A DNA stretch of 42,227 nt from Candidatus Woesearchaeota archaeon (GTDB lineage Archaea > Nanobdellota > Nanobdellia > Woesearchaeales > GW2011-AR15): contig JAVZBY010000002.1 in NCBI GenBank assembly GCA_038874655.1, positions 1 through 42,227 of the forward strand, read 5' to 3'. The translations under genes were made by a program, and so were the position numbers. Positions within the stretch are counted from its first letter, which is position 1. The number at the start of each line of letters is the position of its first letter. Positions 9,907 to 20,410 of the stretch are shown piece by piece. A model generated the notes under the pieces. The model saw only the letters and a list, made by a program, of their open reading frames with translations, did no database searches and had not been told where the DNA came from.

Positions 9907-9964
9907 ATAAACCTTGTAGAAATACAGGTTTATACTGGAGAATTGCTATAATGCTTTTTCTCCA
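9907..9964 (+). promoter_or_regulatory. Candidate structured 5' leader of rps15 (two hairpins)
   Basis: ATAAACCT-T-GTA-GAAA-TAC-AGGTTTAT (GNRA loop) and TGGAGAA...TTCTCCA. Confidence 0.5.
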
Positions 9965-10054
9965 AATTATAAAAAAATTATAAAAATATAGATAAAGAAT
10001 AGTTTAAAAATGTGTTTAAGAAATCAAGAAATAAAAAATCAATGAGGTAAGAAA

Positions 10055-10510
10055 ATGGCAAGAATGCATTCAAGAAGAAAAGGTAAATCAGGAAGCAAAA
10101 AACCATCTAAAAAAAGCACATATTCCTGGATGAGTTATAAGCCAAAAGAAATAGAAATGTTAATCATAAAATTAGCAAAAGAAGGAAATACACCATCAAA
10201 AATCGGTTTAATTCTAAGAGACACTTATGGTATTCCAGATGTAAAAGCAATTTTAAAGAAAAATATCTCAGATATTTTAGAGAAAAAAGAATTATTGCCT
10301 AAAGTTCCAGAAAATTTAGCAGCATTATTAAAAAGAGTAATTGACTTACAAAAACACTTGGAAAATAACAAAAAAGACCAAGTTGCAAAAAGAGGTCTAT
10401 TACTTACAGAATCCAAAATAAGAAGACTAGTAAAATATTACAAAAAGACAGGAAAATTACCAGAATCCTGGAACTATGATCCAGCAAGAGTAAAATTATT
10501 AATTGAATAA
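10055..10510 (+). CDS. rps15: 30S ribosomal protein uS15 (archaeal S15/S13e)
   Basis: MARMHSRRKGKSGS, PSKIGLILRDTYGIP, KRGLLLTESKIRRLVKYYK; SD GAGGT. Confidence 0.98.
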   Translation: MARMHSRRKGKSGSKKPSKKSTYSWMSYKPKEIEMLIIKLAKEGNTPSKIGLILRDTYGIPDVKAILKKNISDILEKKELLPKVPENLAALLKRVIDLQKHLENNKKDQVAKRGLLLTESKIRRLVKYYKKTGKLPESWNYDPARVKLLIE

Positions 10511-10520
10511 ACTTAAACAA

Positions 10521-11924
10521 ATGGTTTATTCAAATTTTTTTTCTTTTCTTAAAGAAGTTTCTGAAAAATTTAAAAAAATAGACAAATCTGAAACTATAAG
10601 ATTAATAAGCCATCATGATGCAGATGGTATTTGCTCAGCTTCTATAATGATTAGAGCATTAGAAAATGAAAACTACAAATATAATTTGTCTATAATAAAA
10701 CAATTAACAGAAATAGAATTAAAACAATATCAAAATGAAAATTACAATAACTATGTTTTTACAGATTTGGGTTCTGGGCAATATAATTTAATAAAAAAAT
10801 ATCTTGCTAAAAAAACAATTTTTATTTTTGACCATCACACTTTTGATTTAAATTTATTGAAAAATAATTCTGAAAATATAATAATGGTTAATCCTCATAT
10901 GTTTAATATTGATGGTTCAAGTGAAATATCAGGCTCAGGTGTTACCTATTTATTTGCACAAACCCTAAATGAAAAAAACAAAGAATTAAGTTATTTAGCA
11001 ATAATTGGTTCACTTGGGGATGTTCAAGAAAGTAATGGCTTTACCTCATTAAATAAATATATTTTGGATATAGCAATAAATCAAGGCAAAATAAAAATTG
11101 AAAAAAATTTAAAGTATTATGGTTTGGAAACAAAACCTATATATTATTTGTTAGCATATGGAGATATTTATATTCCTAATATATCAGGTAAGGAAAGCAA
11201 TGCAATACAATTTTTGAATGAGATTGGTATTGAACCAAAAATAAATGGTAAATGGAAAAAATTCAATGATTTAAATGAAAAAGAAAAAAAGCAATTAATA
11301 AGTTCAATCATAATAAAAAGAGGCTCACTTCAAGAACCTGAGAATATTATAGGAAACAGATATTTATTAGTTGATGAGCCAGAATCAAGTTCGTTAAGAG
11401 ATTTAAAAGAATTTGCTACATTAATAAATGCATGTGGCAGACTTGAAAAAGCTTCTTTGGGCATTGGTTTATGTTTAAATAATCCAGAATTGAAAAAAAA
11501 AGCATTACAATTACAAGATGAATATAAAAAAGAAATAATAAATGCCCTAAATTGGTATGAAAAAAACAATTCTCAACACATAATAAAATCAGAAAAATAC
11601 ATTATAATTAATGCAAAAAATAACATTATGCCTTCTATAATTGGGACAATAGCTTCTATTATCTCAAACTCAGATATTCCAATTGGAACATTAGTTTTAG
11701 CATTAGCATATGATAATGATTCAATAAAAGCATCTCTTAGAATAAAAACATCGCCTGAAAAAAAAGAAACCCTAAATTTAAGAGACTTTTTAGTAAAGCT
11801 TTCTGAAAAGACGGGTTGTCAAGCAGGTGGTCATAAAAACGCAGCAGGTGCTATTATTCCAAAGGAAAAAGAGCAATTATTTATAGATGAATTTATTAAA
11901 CTTATAGAACTTGAGAATTCATAA
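10521..11924 (+). CDS. DHH-family RecJ/Cdc45-like nuclease (GAN type)
   Basis: HHDADG, TDLGSG, FDHH, INACGR, GGHKNAAG; position after rps15 as conserved in archaea; ATG at 10521 (track start 10503). Confidence 0.92.
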   Translation: MVYSNFFSFLKEVSEKFKKIDKSETIRLISHHDADGICSASIMIRALENENYKYNLSIIKQLTEIELKQYQNENYNNYVFTDLGSGQYNLIKKYLAKKTIFIFDHHTFDLNLLKNNSENIIMVNPHMFNIDGSSEISGSGVTYLFAQTLNEKNKELSYLAIIGSLGDVQESNGFTSLNKYILDIAINQGKIKIEKNLKYYGLETKPIYYLLAYGDIYIPNISGKESNAIQFLNEIGIEPKINGKWKKFNDLNEKEKKQLISSIIIKRGSLQEPENIIGNRYLLVDEPESSSLRDLKEFATLINACGRLEKASLGIGLCLNNPELKKKALQLQDEYKKEIINALNWYEKNNSQHIIKSEKYIIINAKNNIMPSIIGTIASIISNSDIPIGTLVLALAYDNDSIKASLRIKTSPEKKETLNLRDFLVKLSEKTGCQAGGHKNAAGAIIPKEKEQLFIDEFIKLIELENS

Positions 11925-11978
11925 AAAACATTATAAAAAATAAAAAAATTTTTAAAAATTAACTAAAAATCAAAAAAA

Positions 11979-12719
11979 TTAATTATCCTTATTTTTCTCT
12001 ACAGCTTTCTCTTTAGTTTCTTCTTTGTTTTCTTCTTTAATTTCTTCTTTTATTTCTTCTTCATTTTCTTTTTTCTTTTTAGCTTTTAACTCAGATCTTT
12101 TTTTAGGCATTTCTGTTTCTTTAACTACTTTATTTTTTTCTTCTTCTAAAATTCTTATTTCTAAATTCTTTAGTGGATATATTTTATTTAACTTATCTCT
12201 TAACTCTTTCTGTAAGATATATTTAACAACACTTGAAAAGACAGTTTCATAATCATTTTTATTTACAAAATTTATAATTTCAGTTCTTAACATCATTCTT
12301 ATGTTATATTGTATTGTCTTTGAAACTTTGCTTCTTGTTAAAGCTAAGGGCTTTACTCTTAATAATTTATCATCTTTTGTTCTTACTACAATAGAATCAT
12401 CAATTCTAGACATATTTCTTCTTACTAATCTTTTAATTGTTGATTGTGAAAAATAATATCCAATTATTCTTGTTTCTAATTTGTTTTCATTTGCATTTAT
12501 AATCTCAAATTTTACATCTACAGTTTGACTTTTAATATCTCCTGTTAACTGCATCAAATTAACTTTTACAGTTCTTCCTACGCATGAATTTGGATCTTCA
12601 ACATAAGTTTCTCCAATTTCAACACTTCCCATGTTTTTTGGGGAGAATATTTTAATCCAACTCTTCTTTTTTATTTTACCTACGCTTTTTGATTTTTTTT
12701 GCATTTCACTTTTTGCCAT
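11979..12719 (-). CDS. rps3ae: 30S ribosomal protein eS1 (S3Ae) with Glu/Lys-rich tail
   Basis: KKKSW..., IGET, GRTVKVNL..LTGD, RLVRRNMSRID, KIYPLKNLEIR. Confidence 0.92.
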   Translation of the reverse strand: MAKSEMQKKSKSVGKIKKKSWIKIFSPKNMGSVEIGETYVEDPNSCVGRTVKVNLMQLTGDIKSQTVDVKFEIINANENKLETRIIGYYFSQSTIKRLVRRNMSRIDDSIVVRTKDDKLLRVKPLALTRSKVSKTIQYNIRMMLRTEIINFVNKNDYETVFSSVVKYILQKELRDKLNKIYPLKNLEIRILEEEKNKVVKETEMPKKRSELKAKKKKENEEEIKEEIKEENKEETKEKAVEKNKDN

Positions 12720-12840
12720 GTTTGTTTGAATTTAATTTTTATTTATAAATATTTCTTTTGAAACCCGATTTTTTAGATAAAAATTTAAATTAATACATTT
12801 TACACAAATTATTTCTCACATAAAAAATAAAAATAAAAAA

Positions 12841-13458
12841 ATGTTAGAAAAAGCATTATTTAGAAAGCATACAAAATTGTTTTTATACATGTCTGTTAGG
12901 CAATATTTTAGTCAGAAAGAATTAATAATCTTTTCTTTATCTCATAGGGAATTTAAAGACAAGGATTCAATAGAAAATAAAGGACAATTTTTAGACAAAC
13001 TTATTAATTTAGGCATAATAAAAAAATACAAATATAAAGATTTTATAAAAAAATATCCTGAAAAAATAAGAGCAGCTTCTATAGCGTATCAAAAATCACA
13101 TGAGAGAAAAAGAATAATTTTAGAGTTTAAAATTGAACAATTCTTAGCTCTTGATTTTCCATTCATAAAAAAAATAAAAAATTTTGAATTGCCTTTTAAA
13201 GAATATATTAATCAATTTTATGATATAAATACAAATAAACTGCATAAAAATCTTAATTATTCCATTAAAGAATTAATTACCTTTTTTTTATATGGCTGTT
13301 CTCTTGCAAAAATCTACTTTACAAAATATGAAAAAATTTTAAACCAACTGAAAAAAATAAAATATCATACAACTTTAGAAAACTTAAATAAGGATAGTCT
13401 TTTTTTTATAAAAATTGCTCAAGAACAGATGGAATCAAAATTAAAAAATTCTTTTTAA
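12841..13458 (+). CDS. Hypothetical protein
   Basis: 205-aa ORF, no recognised motif. Confidence 0.55.
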   Translation: MLEKALFRKHTKLFLYMSVRQYFSQKELIIFSLSHREFKDKDSIENKGQFLDKLINLGIIKKYKYKDFIKKYPEKIRAASIAYQKSHERKRIILEFKIEQFLALDFPFIKKIKNFELPFKEYINQFYDINTNKLHKNLNYSIKELITFFLYGCSLAKIYFTKYEKILNQLKKIKYHTTLENLNKDSLFFIKIAQEQMESKLKNSF

Positions 13459-13471
13459 AAAATATATGTTT

Positions 13472-14764
13472 TTAATTTTTTATCTCTTTTTTATGACTTT
13501 GTTTATGTGATATTTCTTTTAAATTAGTCTTTAAATTATTATTTTCTTTATTATCATTATTATTATTTTTCAAAATAAAATAATCATATATAAATACTAA
13601 TACAGAGCTTAAAATTATAGAGAATAATATTGAGGATAATGTAATCATTATAAGATTATTAACCTCTTTGAATTGAGAAAAAAATTCTGATTTTAATGTC
13701 AATTGCGCTAAAACAGCTGGAGCCAATCCTTTTGGAGTTAAAATATTCATAAAGGTTCTATCTCTATTACTTATCTCTTTTGGCACAGAAATCTTGACAA
13801 TGTAAGGTCTTGTTATTGCAATTAAAATAGTAATTAAAAGTCCAATTAATAATAATACTATATTTGAGAAACTTATAATAATTCCCAAATAAACAAAGAA
13901 AAACACTTTCAAGAAAAATGATATTTCTGAATAAAAATTTTTTTCTGACTCATGTATAGAATATTCAGGTTCTTTACCAAAAAAAGTAAAAATTTTTTTA
14001 AAATTGCCTAAAAATATTCCAAAAGATAAAATTGCAATTGCACCATTTGCTTTAAAAAATTCAGCAAAAACATAAATTAAAATCATGTAAGCAATACTTA
14101 TCATATATGCTTTGTTAATTTGTTGAAATTTTTGTCTCAAAGCAATCCATAACCAGCCAGAGATAAAACCGATCATTAACGCAATAAAAAAAGTGCTTAA
14201 AATACTAACTATCGTATTAACAAAATCAAAATGATTAATCTTTATAATTTCTGCTATTGTTATTGCCCCAACTATACATAAAACATCTGTTATTGTTGAT
14301 TCTAAAGTTAATATTAAAGTGCTTTCATTATTTAATTTTAATAATTTTGTCATAGGTATTACAACAGCACTTGAAGTGCCTCCTAAAATTGCACCTAATA
14401 AAATAGATAAATGCAATGGATATCCAAAAATAACCATAACAATACTAACAATGACAATATTGCTTAAAAAAAATAAAAAAGCCAACTTAGTTCCAGGATA
14501 GGCTGTTTTTAAAAAATCATTTAATCTTATTGATAAACTACCTTCAAAAATAATAAGTATTAAAGCTAATGTAATAAAAATAGGTTCAATTGCACTAAAA
14601 GATTCTGCCTTAATAAAACCTAAAATCGGGCCTAACAAAATACCTAATAAAAACAAAAGTAAAACATCAGGAATATGTGTTTTATCAAAAAAATACTCAG
14701 CTAAAAATCCAATAATAATAACCAAACTAAAACCAACTAAGCTTAATAATAAATTTGATTCCAT
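13472..14764 (-). CDS. CPA1/NhaP-type cation:proton antiporter
   Basis: IPDVLLL..LGILLGP, IIFEG, LGGTSSAVV, LESTITD, PKGLAPAVLA. Confidence 0.93.
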   Translation of the reverse strand: MESNLLLSLVGFSLVIIIGFLAEYFFDKTHIPDVLLLFLLGILLGPILGFIKAESFSAIEPIFITLALILIIFEGSLSIRLNDFLKTAYPGTKLAFLFFLSNIVIVSIVMVIFGYPLHLSILLGAILGGTSSAVVIPMTKLLKLNNESTLILTLESTITDVLCIVGAITIAEIIKINHFDFVNTIVSILSTFFIALMIGFISGWLWIALRQKFQQINKAYMISIAYMILIYVFAEFFKANGAIAILSFGIFLGNFKKIFTFFGKEPEYSIHESEKNFYSEISFFLKVFFFVYLGIIISFSNIVLLLIGLLITILIAITRPYIVKISVPKEISNRDRTFMNILTPKGLAPAVLAQLTLKSEFFSQFKEVNNLIMITLSSILFSIILSSVLVFIYDYFILKNNNNDNKENNNLKTNLKEISHKQSHKKEIKN

Positions 14765-14995
14765 TAATAAAAAACAAAAGTCTTCTTTTTAAATTTTTTA
14801 TGTTTTTTATTTTGAATTTTATTATTTATGAGTTTAATTAAATTGGATATTAAACTTTTAATATAAAAATAAGAAATAATATATTAAAAAATCATATATT
14901 AGTCTTATATTAAAAAGATAAAATCTGATATTATATAATTGTAAAAAAAGTTAAAAACCTATAATTTTTTATTCAATAGAATTTTTTTAATTTTA

Positions 14996-15610
14996 ATGTC
15001 ACTTTTAAAATATAATCAACTACTTAACTTTAATGATGAAAAAGATTTTCTAAAAAAAGAATTATCCTTCATAGATAAAATATTACCTTCTATAAAAAAA
15101 AATTTTATCCTTAAAATTTTAATATTTATTTTGATTTTGATTATGCTATATAAATATCATAAATTCTTTATAATAATTATTTCTATTTTGTTAATACAAT
15201 ATATAAAATTTAAAAGGACAAAACACGGAATTAATTTTGAGATAGAACCTTCTTATTTAATAGCATTAGCAATAACCTTAACATATGGTTTAGAATATGG
15301 AGTGATATTTATAATACTACCCCTAGTTTTATCTTTTTCAGGATTTAATATAGGTGTAATAGTTAATTTTTCAAATAAATTAATTTTTATAATTTCTGTT
15401 TATTTATATTGGACCTTTACAAAAAATATATTCTTTTTAACATATTTTGCCATATTTATTGTTATTTTAACTGATGTTATAGGTTTTTTTATAAGAAAGA
15501 GATTTGGACAAAATTTATTAGAAATATTACAAGTGGTTTTAACAAACTCTATAATAAGATGGATTTACTTTTCTTTTTTTCTAAATTTAATAATTAATAT
15601 AATTAAATAA
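14996..15610 (+). CDS. Integral membrane protein (possible distant paralog of 3917..4477)
   Basis: About 6 TM; FEIEPSYLIALAITLTYGLEYG resembles IELITFIAVLSGMRFG. Confidence 0.6.
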   Translation: MSLLKYNQLLNFNDEKDFLKKELSFIDKILPSIKKNFILKILIFILILIMLYKYHKFFIIIISILLIQYIKFKRTKHGINFEIEPSYLIALAITLTYGLEYGVIFIILPLVLSFSGFNIGVIVNFSNKLIFIISVYLYWTFTKNIFFLTYFAIFIVILTDVIGFFIRKRFGQNLLEILQVVLTNSIIRWIYFSFFLNLIINIIK

Positions 15611-15716
15611 AAATTTAATAAAAAATAAACAAAAGAATAAATAAAAATGAAGTAGATAAAGAATGATTTTTTTAAAATATTAAGTAATTAAATAAAAAGT
15701 AATTAAATAAAACTAT

Positions 15717-17615
15717 TTAAATATCCAAATTAACAACTTTTATTGCATTTTCTTGTATGAATTTTCTTCTTGGTTCTACTTCTTCTCCCATCAATTCTGT
15801 AAATGCTTTTTCAGCTTCAAAAGCATCTTCAATTGTTATTTTTTTCAAATATCTAGTACTAGGATCCATTGTTGTTTCCCATAATTGTTCTGGATTCATT
15901 TCACCTAATCCTTTATATCTCTGAATCACAATTCCTTGTTTTCCGTCTTTTTCCAATTCTTTTAATATCTTTTCTTTTTCAACATCATCTTTAGCATAAA
16001 CAGAGAACTTTCCTTTTTTTATTTTATACAATGGAGGTAATGCTAAATAAACATGTCCTTTTTCAATTAGCTGTCTCATATATCTAAAAAAGAAAGTTAA
16101 TAATAAAATTGCAATATGGCTTCCATCAACATCACTATCTGTCATAATAATAATTTTATGATATCTTAATTTTGAAATGTCAAATTCTTCTTCAATTCCA
16201 GTTCCTAATGCAGTAATTATATTAACAATCTCTTCATTTTTCAAAACTTTTACTAATCTTGATTTTTCAACATTTAAAACTTTACCTCTCAAAGGAAGTA
16301 TTGCCTGAAATTCTCTATTTCTTGCTTGTTTAGCACTGCCACCAGCAGAATCTCCTTCAACTAAAAATAATTCACATTTTCTTGCATCTTTTTCAGAGCA
16401 ATCAGCTAACTTTCCTGGCAAAGTTGATCCTTCTAATACATTTTTTCTTCTTACTAATTCTTTTGCTTTTCTTGCAGCTTCTCTTGCTTTAGCAGCACTT
16501 ACAACTTTCTCTATAATTACATTAACAGTTTTTGGATTTTCTTCAAAAAAAGTGCTTAATGATTCAAAAACAGCAGAATCTACAATTCCTTTAACATCAG
16601 AATTTCCTAATTTTGTTTTAGTTTGACCCTCAAACTGAGGTTCTGGAACTTTTACTGAAATAACAGCAGTTAAACCTTCTTTAATATCCTCGCTGTTTAA
16701 AGCTATTTCATCTTTATTTTTCACAATTTTCTCATAAAAATTATTTATGACTCTTGTTAAAGCAGTTTTAAAACCTGATAAATGTGTTCCACCTTCAACA
16801 GTATTTATATTATTAACAAAAGACAAAACATTTTCACTATAGCCATTATTGTATTGTAAAGCACCTTCTACAATAATATTATTTTTTGTTTTTTCAAAAA
16901 AAATGACAGGATGTAATTTTGTTTTTTCACTATTTAGATATTCAACAAAAGAAATCAAGCCACCTTCATAATGAAATTTTTCATTTTCATTTGTTCTTTC
17001 ATCAAATAATTCAATTACAATTCCTTTGTTTAAAAAAGCTAATTCCCTTAACCTTGTTGCAACAGTTTCATAATTAAATTCTGTTTCTGTGAAAATTTCA
17101 TTATCAGGAAGAAAACTAACACTAGTTCCAGTTTCATTAGTTTCACCAATTATTTGCAATTCTGTTAATGGATGACCTCTTGAATATTTTTGTTGAAAAA
17201 TTTTTCCATCTCTCTTTATTTCAATAGTCAATTCTTTTGAAAGTGCATTTACAACTGACAAACCAACACCATGCAAGCCGCCAGAAACTTTGTAAATATT
17301 TTTATCAAATTTTCCACCAGAATGTAATGTTGTTAATATCACTTCAACAGCAGGTTTATTATATTTTGGATGATTATCAACAGGAATGCCTCTACCATCA
17401 TCTATAATTGAAGCTTTTCCATCTTTATGTAAAATCACTTTAATATTTTTACAAAAACCAGCCATTGCTTCATCAATACTATTATCAACAATCTCATAAA
17501 TTAAATGATGTAAACCTCTACTTCCAGTAGAACCAATATACATGCCAGGTCTTTTTCTGATAGCTTCTAAACTAGCTAAAACAGTAATATCTTTTGCTGA
17601 ATAACTACTTGTCAT
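15717..17615 (-). CDS. gyrB: DNA gyrase subunit B
   Basis: RKRPGMYIG, EIVDNSIDE, GGLHGVG, LPGKLADC, VEGDSAGG, PLRGK, DSDVDG, QRYKGLGEMNPEQLWETT. Confidence 0.96.
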   Translation of the reverse strand: MTSSYSAKDITVLASLEAIRKRPGMYIGSTGSRGLHHLIYEIVDNSIDEAMAGFCKNIKVILHKDGKASIIDDGRGIPVDNHPKYNKPAVEVILTTLHSGGKFDKNIYKVSGGLHGVGLSVVNALSKELTIEIKRDGKIFQQKYSRGHPLTELQIIGETNETGTSVSFLPDNEIFTETEFNYETVATRLRELAFLNKGIVIELFDERTNENEKFHYEGGLISFVEYLNSEKTKLHPVIFFEKTKNNIIVEGALQYNNGYSENVLSFVNNINTVEGGTHLSGFKTALTRVINNFYEKIVKNKDEIALNSEDIKEGLTAVISVKVPEPQFEGQTKTKLGNSDVKGIVDSAVFESLSTFFEENPKTVNVIIEKVVSAAKAREAARKAKELVRRKNVLEGSTLPGKLADCSEKDARKCELFLVEGDSAGGSAKQARNREFQAILPLRGKVLNVEKSRLVKVLKNEEIVNIITALGTGIEEEFDISKLRYHKIIIMTDSDVDGSHIAILLLTFFFRYMRQLIEKGHVYLALPPLYKIKKGKFSVYAKDDVEKEKILKELEKDGKQGIVIQRYKGLGEMNPEQLWETTMDPSTRYLKKITIEDAFEAEKAFTELMGEEVEPRRKFIQENAIKVVNLDI

Positions 17616-17984
17616 CTAACCACCCACATATTAATATTTTAACTAAAAACTTTCATTAAAATTTAGAGAAAAATAATTTCTCTACTAAATCTTTAAGTCA
17701 ACTCTTTTTATAGCTTTTTTATTTTTAATTTTTTCAAATTTTTAGATACTTTATCGTCTATACTTTATAATAAAATTAAATTTTTAATTACTTATAAAGA
17801 TTGCGGAATTTTTTTATAGCAATTAAACATAATGTTTAAAAATAAACCTATTTCTTAAATAAGTTATATTTAGGAAATTCAACCAATAACTTTTAAATAA
17901 ATACCAAAAACTTTTTAATAGAATATTTATTTTAATTAAAATAAATTATAACTAAAAGTAATTTAATACTTAAATTTAGGAGGG

Positions 17985-19832
17985 GTGGTTTTTTTGTCAA
18001 CAAAATCTAAACCAATAAAAAAGAGCCATACAGAATTTCATGGTGTGGCAAGAAAAAGTAATAAAAAAACATGGATGCTAATCTCAGGTATATTAGCAAT
18101 AGCATTAATAATTTCAATATTTACAAATGGCTTTTATTTCAATAATTTAAAGTTAGCAGAAAACATTTTAAAAAAAGAATCACAAAAAATAACAAATTCA
18201 GAGGCAAAATCTAAATTAAATAATGCTTTAGAATCTTTAAGTAGTGCAATTTCTTTGATTGAATCAGAAAAAAAATCTTCAACAAGTTCTACATATACAG
18301 GAAAAAAAGTCAAACTTGAATTTTACGTTATGAGTCAATGTCCTTATGGTATTCAAGTAGAAAATGCAGTAAAGCCAGTTTTAGATAAATTAGGTGATGC
18401 TGTTGATTTTAGTATTAATTTTATAGCAACAGATTTAGGCAATGGTCAATTCCAAAGTTTACATGGACAAAATGAAGTTTTAGGAAATATTGTTCAATTG
18501 TGTGCAATGAAATATGAGCCAAAAAAATACATGGATTTAATTGTTTGTATGAATAAAAACGCAGCACAAATTCCAGATAATTGGGAATCATGTGCTAGAG
18601 AGAATGGATTAAATGTAGATAAAATAAAATCTTGTTATGTAGGAGATGAAGGAAAACAATTGCATTCTGAATCAATAAAAAAATCAGAAACAGTAAAAGC
18701 AACAGGTAGTCCTACAATGTATATCAATGGTAAACAATATAATGGTGGTCGTGATACAACCTCATTTTTTAGAGCATTATGCGCAGAAATACCAGATCAT
18801 AAAGCATGTTCAGAAATTCCAAAACCAAAAGATGTTAATTTAATAATAATAAATGATAAACAGTGTGCACAATGTCAACAATATAATTCATTAGCTGACC
18901 AATTAAAAAGTTTATTCCCAGGTTTGAAAACAAAAATATTGGACTATGAAGAACAAGAAGGACAAAAACTTTATAATGAATTAAACTTGAAATTTTTGCC
19001 TGTTTTCTTGTTTGATAAATCAGTAGAAGAAGGAGAGGGTTATAGTAATGTGCAAATGTATTTAGACAAAGTAGGGGATTACTATAGTTTAAGAATAGGT
19101 GCAAATTATGACCCAAAAGCAGAAGTTTGTAATGATGGTAAAGATAACAGAGACAATGATGGTAAAGTAGATTGTCAAGATGATGAATGTAAGAACTATT
19201 GGCAATGCATGGAAAAAAAGGATAAGCCAGAAGTACAATTATTTGTAATGAGCCATTGTCCATTTGGAACACAAATGGAAAAAGGCATTTTGCCTGTTGT
19301 TGAATTATTAGGAAACAAAATTGACTTTAAAGTAAGATTTGTATATTATGCAATGCATGGTGAAGTAGAAGTTAAAGAACAAATAAGACAATATTGCATA
19401 CAAAAGGAGCAATCTGATAAATACTTAAGCTATTTAAAATGCTTCTTAGAAGCAGGAGAAACAGATAAATGTTTAACACAAGCAAACATTGATAAGACAA
19501 AATTAGACACATGTTATGAAAAAACAGATAAAGAATTTAATGTAATGGCAAACTTCAATGATAAAACAACATGGTTAAGTGGCAGATATCCTCTATTTAA
19601 CATAGATAAACAACTAAATGAAAAATATGGTGTTCAAGGAAGTCCAACATTAGTAGTTAATGATGTTGTTGTTGAAACAGCAAGAGATCCAAATAGTTTA
19701 TTAAAAACAATTTGCACTGGTTTCAAAGAACAACCAAGTGAATGTGATAAGCAATTACCAACAACAGGATTTAGTGCAGGCTTTGGCTATAATGAAGCAG
19801 ATACTAATACATTAGCAGGTTGTGGTGTCTAA
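17985..19832 (+). CDS. Membrane-anchored multidomain thioredoxin-fold protein: two GILT/DsbA-like domains, a CxxC middle domain and an Asp/Cys-rich motif
   Basis: N-terminal TM; FYVMSQCPYG...SLHGQNE..N..QLC and FVMSHCPFG...AMHGEVE...QYC; GSPT cis-Pro loops; CAQC; CNDGKDNRDNDGKVDCQDDEC; start may be TTG at 17994. Confidence 0.8.
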   Translation: MVFLSTKSKPIKKSHTEFHGVARKSNKKTWMLISGILAIALIISIFTNGFYFNNLKLAENILKKESQKITNSEAKSKLNNALESLSSAISLIESEKKSSTSSTYTGKKVKLEFYVMSQCPYGIQVENAVKPVLDKLGDAVDFSINFIATDLGNGQFQSLHGQNEVLGNIVQLCAMKYEPKKYMDLIVCMNKNAAQIPDNWESCARENGLNVDKIKSCYVGDEGKQLHSESIKKSETVKATGSPTMYINGKQYNGGRDTTSFFRALCAEIPDHKACSEIPKPKDVNLIIINDKQCAQCQQYNSLADQLKSLFPGLKTKILDYEEQEGQKLYNELNLKFLPVFLFDKSVEEGEGYSNVQMYLDKVGDYYSLRIGANYDPKAEVCNDGKDNRDNDGKVDCQDDECKNYWQCMEKKDKPEVQLFVMSHCPFGTQMEKGILPVVELLGNKIDFKVRFVYYAMHGEVEVKEQIRQYCIQKEQSDKYLSYLKCFLEAGETDKCLTQANIDKTKLDTCYEKTDKEFNVMANFNDKTTWLSGRYPLFNIDKQLNEKYGVQGSPTLVVNDVVVETARDPNSLLKTICTGFKEQPSECDKQLPTTGFSAGFGYNEADTNTLAGCGV

Positions 19833-19868
19833 AATTTTTTTACAAAACTAAATATATGAGGAATAAAG

Positions 19869-20240
19869 ATGAAAAAAATTTATTTTTTTTTATTTTTTAT
19901 AACATTTATTCTATTTTTAAGTTCATGTTCAAAAAATAACATAGAAACAAAAAATTTAGATAATTTTGCTGAATGTATTGCAAATTCTAATGCAAAATTA
20001 TATGCAGCATTTTGGTGTCCTCATTGTAAAGAACAAAAAGAAATGTTTGGTTCTTCATGGGATAAAATAAAAGATAGAGTTTATGTTGAATGTTCAAATC
20101 CAGATAGGACACAAACAGAAATATGCAGACAACAAAACATTAGAGGTTATCCAACCTGGAAATTCTCAGATGGTTCAGAATTATTAGGAAAACAAGATTT
20201 TTACACATTAGCACAAAAAACAGGTTGTGAACTTAACTGA
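19869..20240 (+). CDS. Secreted/lipoprotein thioredoxin-like protein (resembles VKOR-associated Trx domain)
   Basis: Signal peptide with LSSC lipobox, AFWCPHC, YVEC, IRGYPTW. Confidence 0.85.
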   Translation: MKKIYFFLFFITFILFLSSCSKNNIETKNLDNFAECIANSNAKLYAAFWCPHCKEQKEMFGSSWDKIKDRVYVECSNPDRTQTEICRQQNIRGYPTWKFSDGSELLGKQDFYTLAQKTGCELN

Positions 20241-20410
20241 ATTTAGAAAATTTTATTTTATATTTATTACTTTAAGTTTATTTACTTAAAAGCGATAAGA
20301 AATCTTTATAAATAAATTCTTTTCATTTCATTAAATACAAACTAAATACATAGTATATTAAAAAAATTCATAAAAAATTTTAAAAATAACTTTTTTTAAT
20401 TGGTGAAAAC

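Noticed and set aside
15717-17615. Intein in GyrB, or assignment as ParE/Topo VI-B
   Set aside because: Length and motifs are contiguous and match GyrB; no intein signatures
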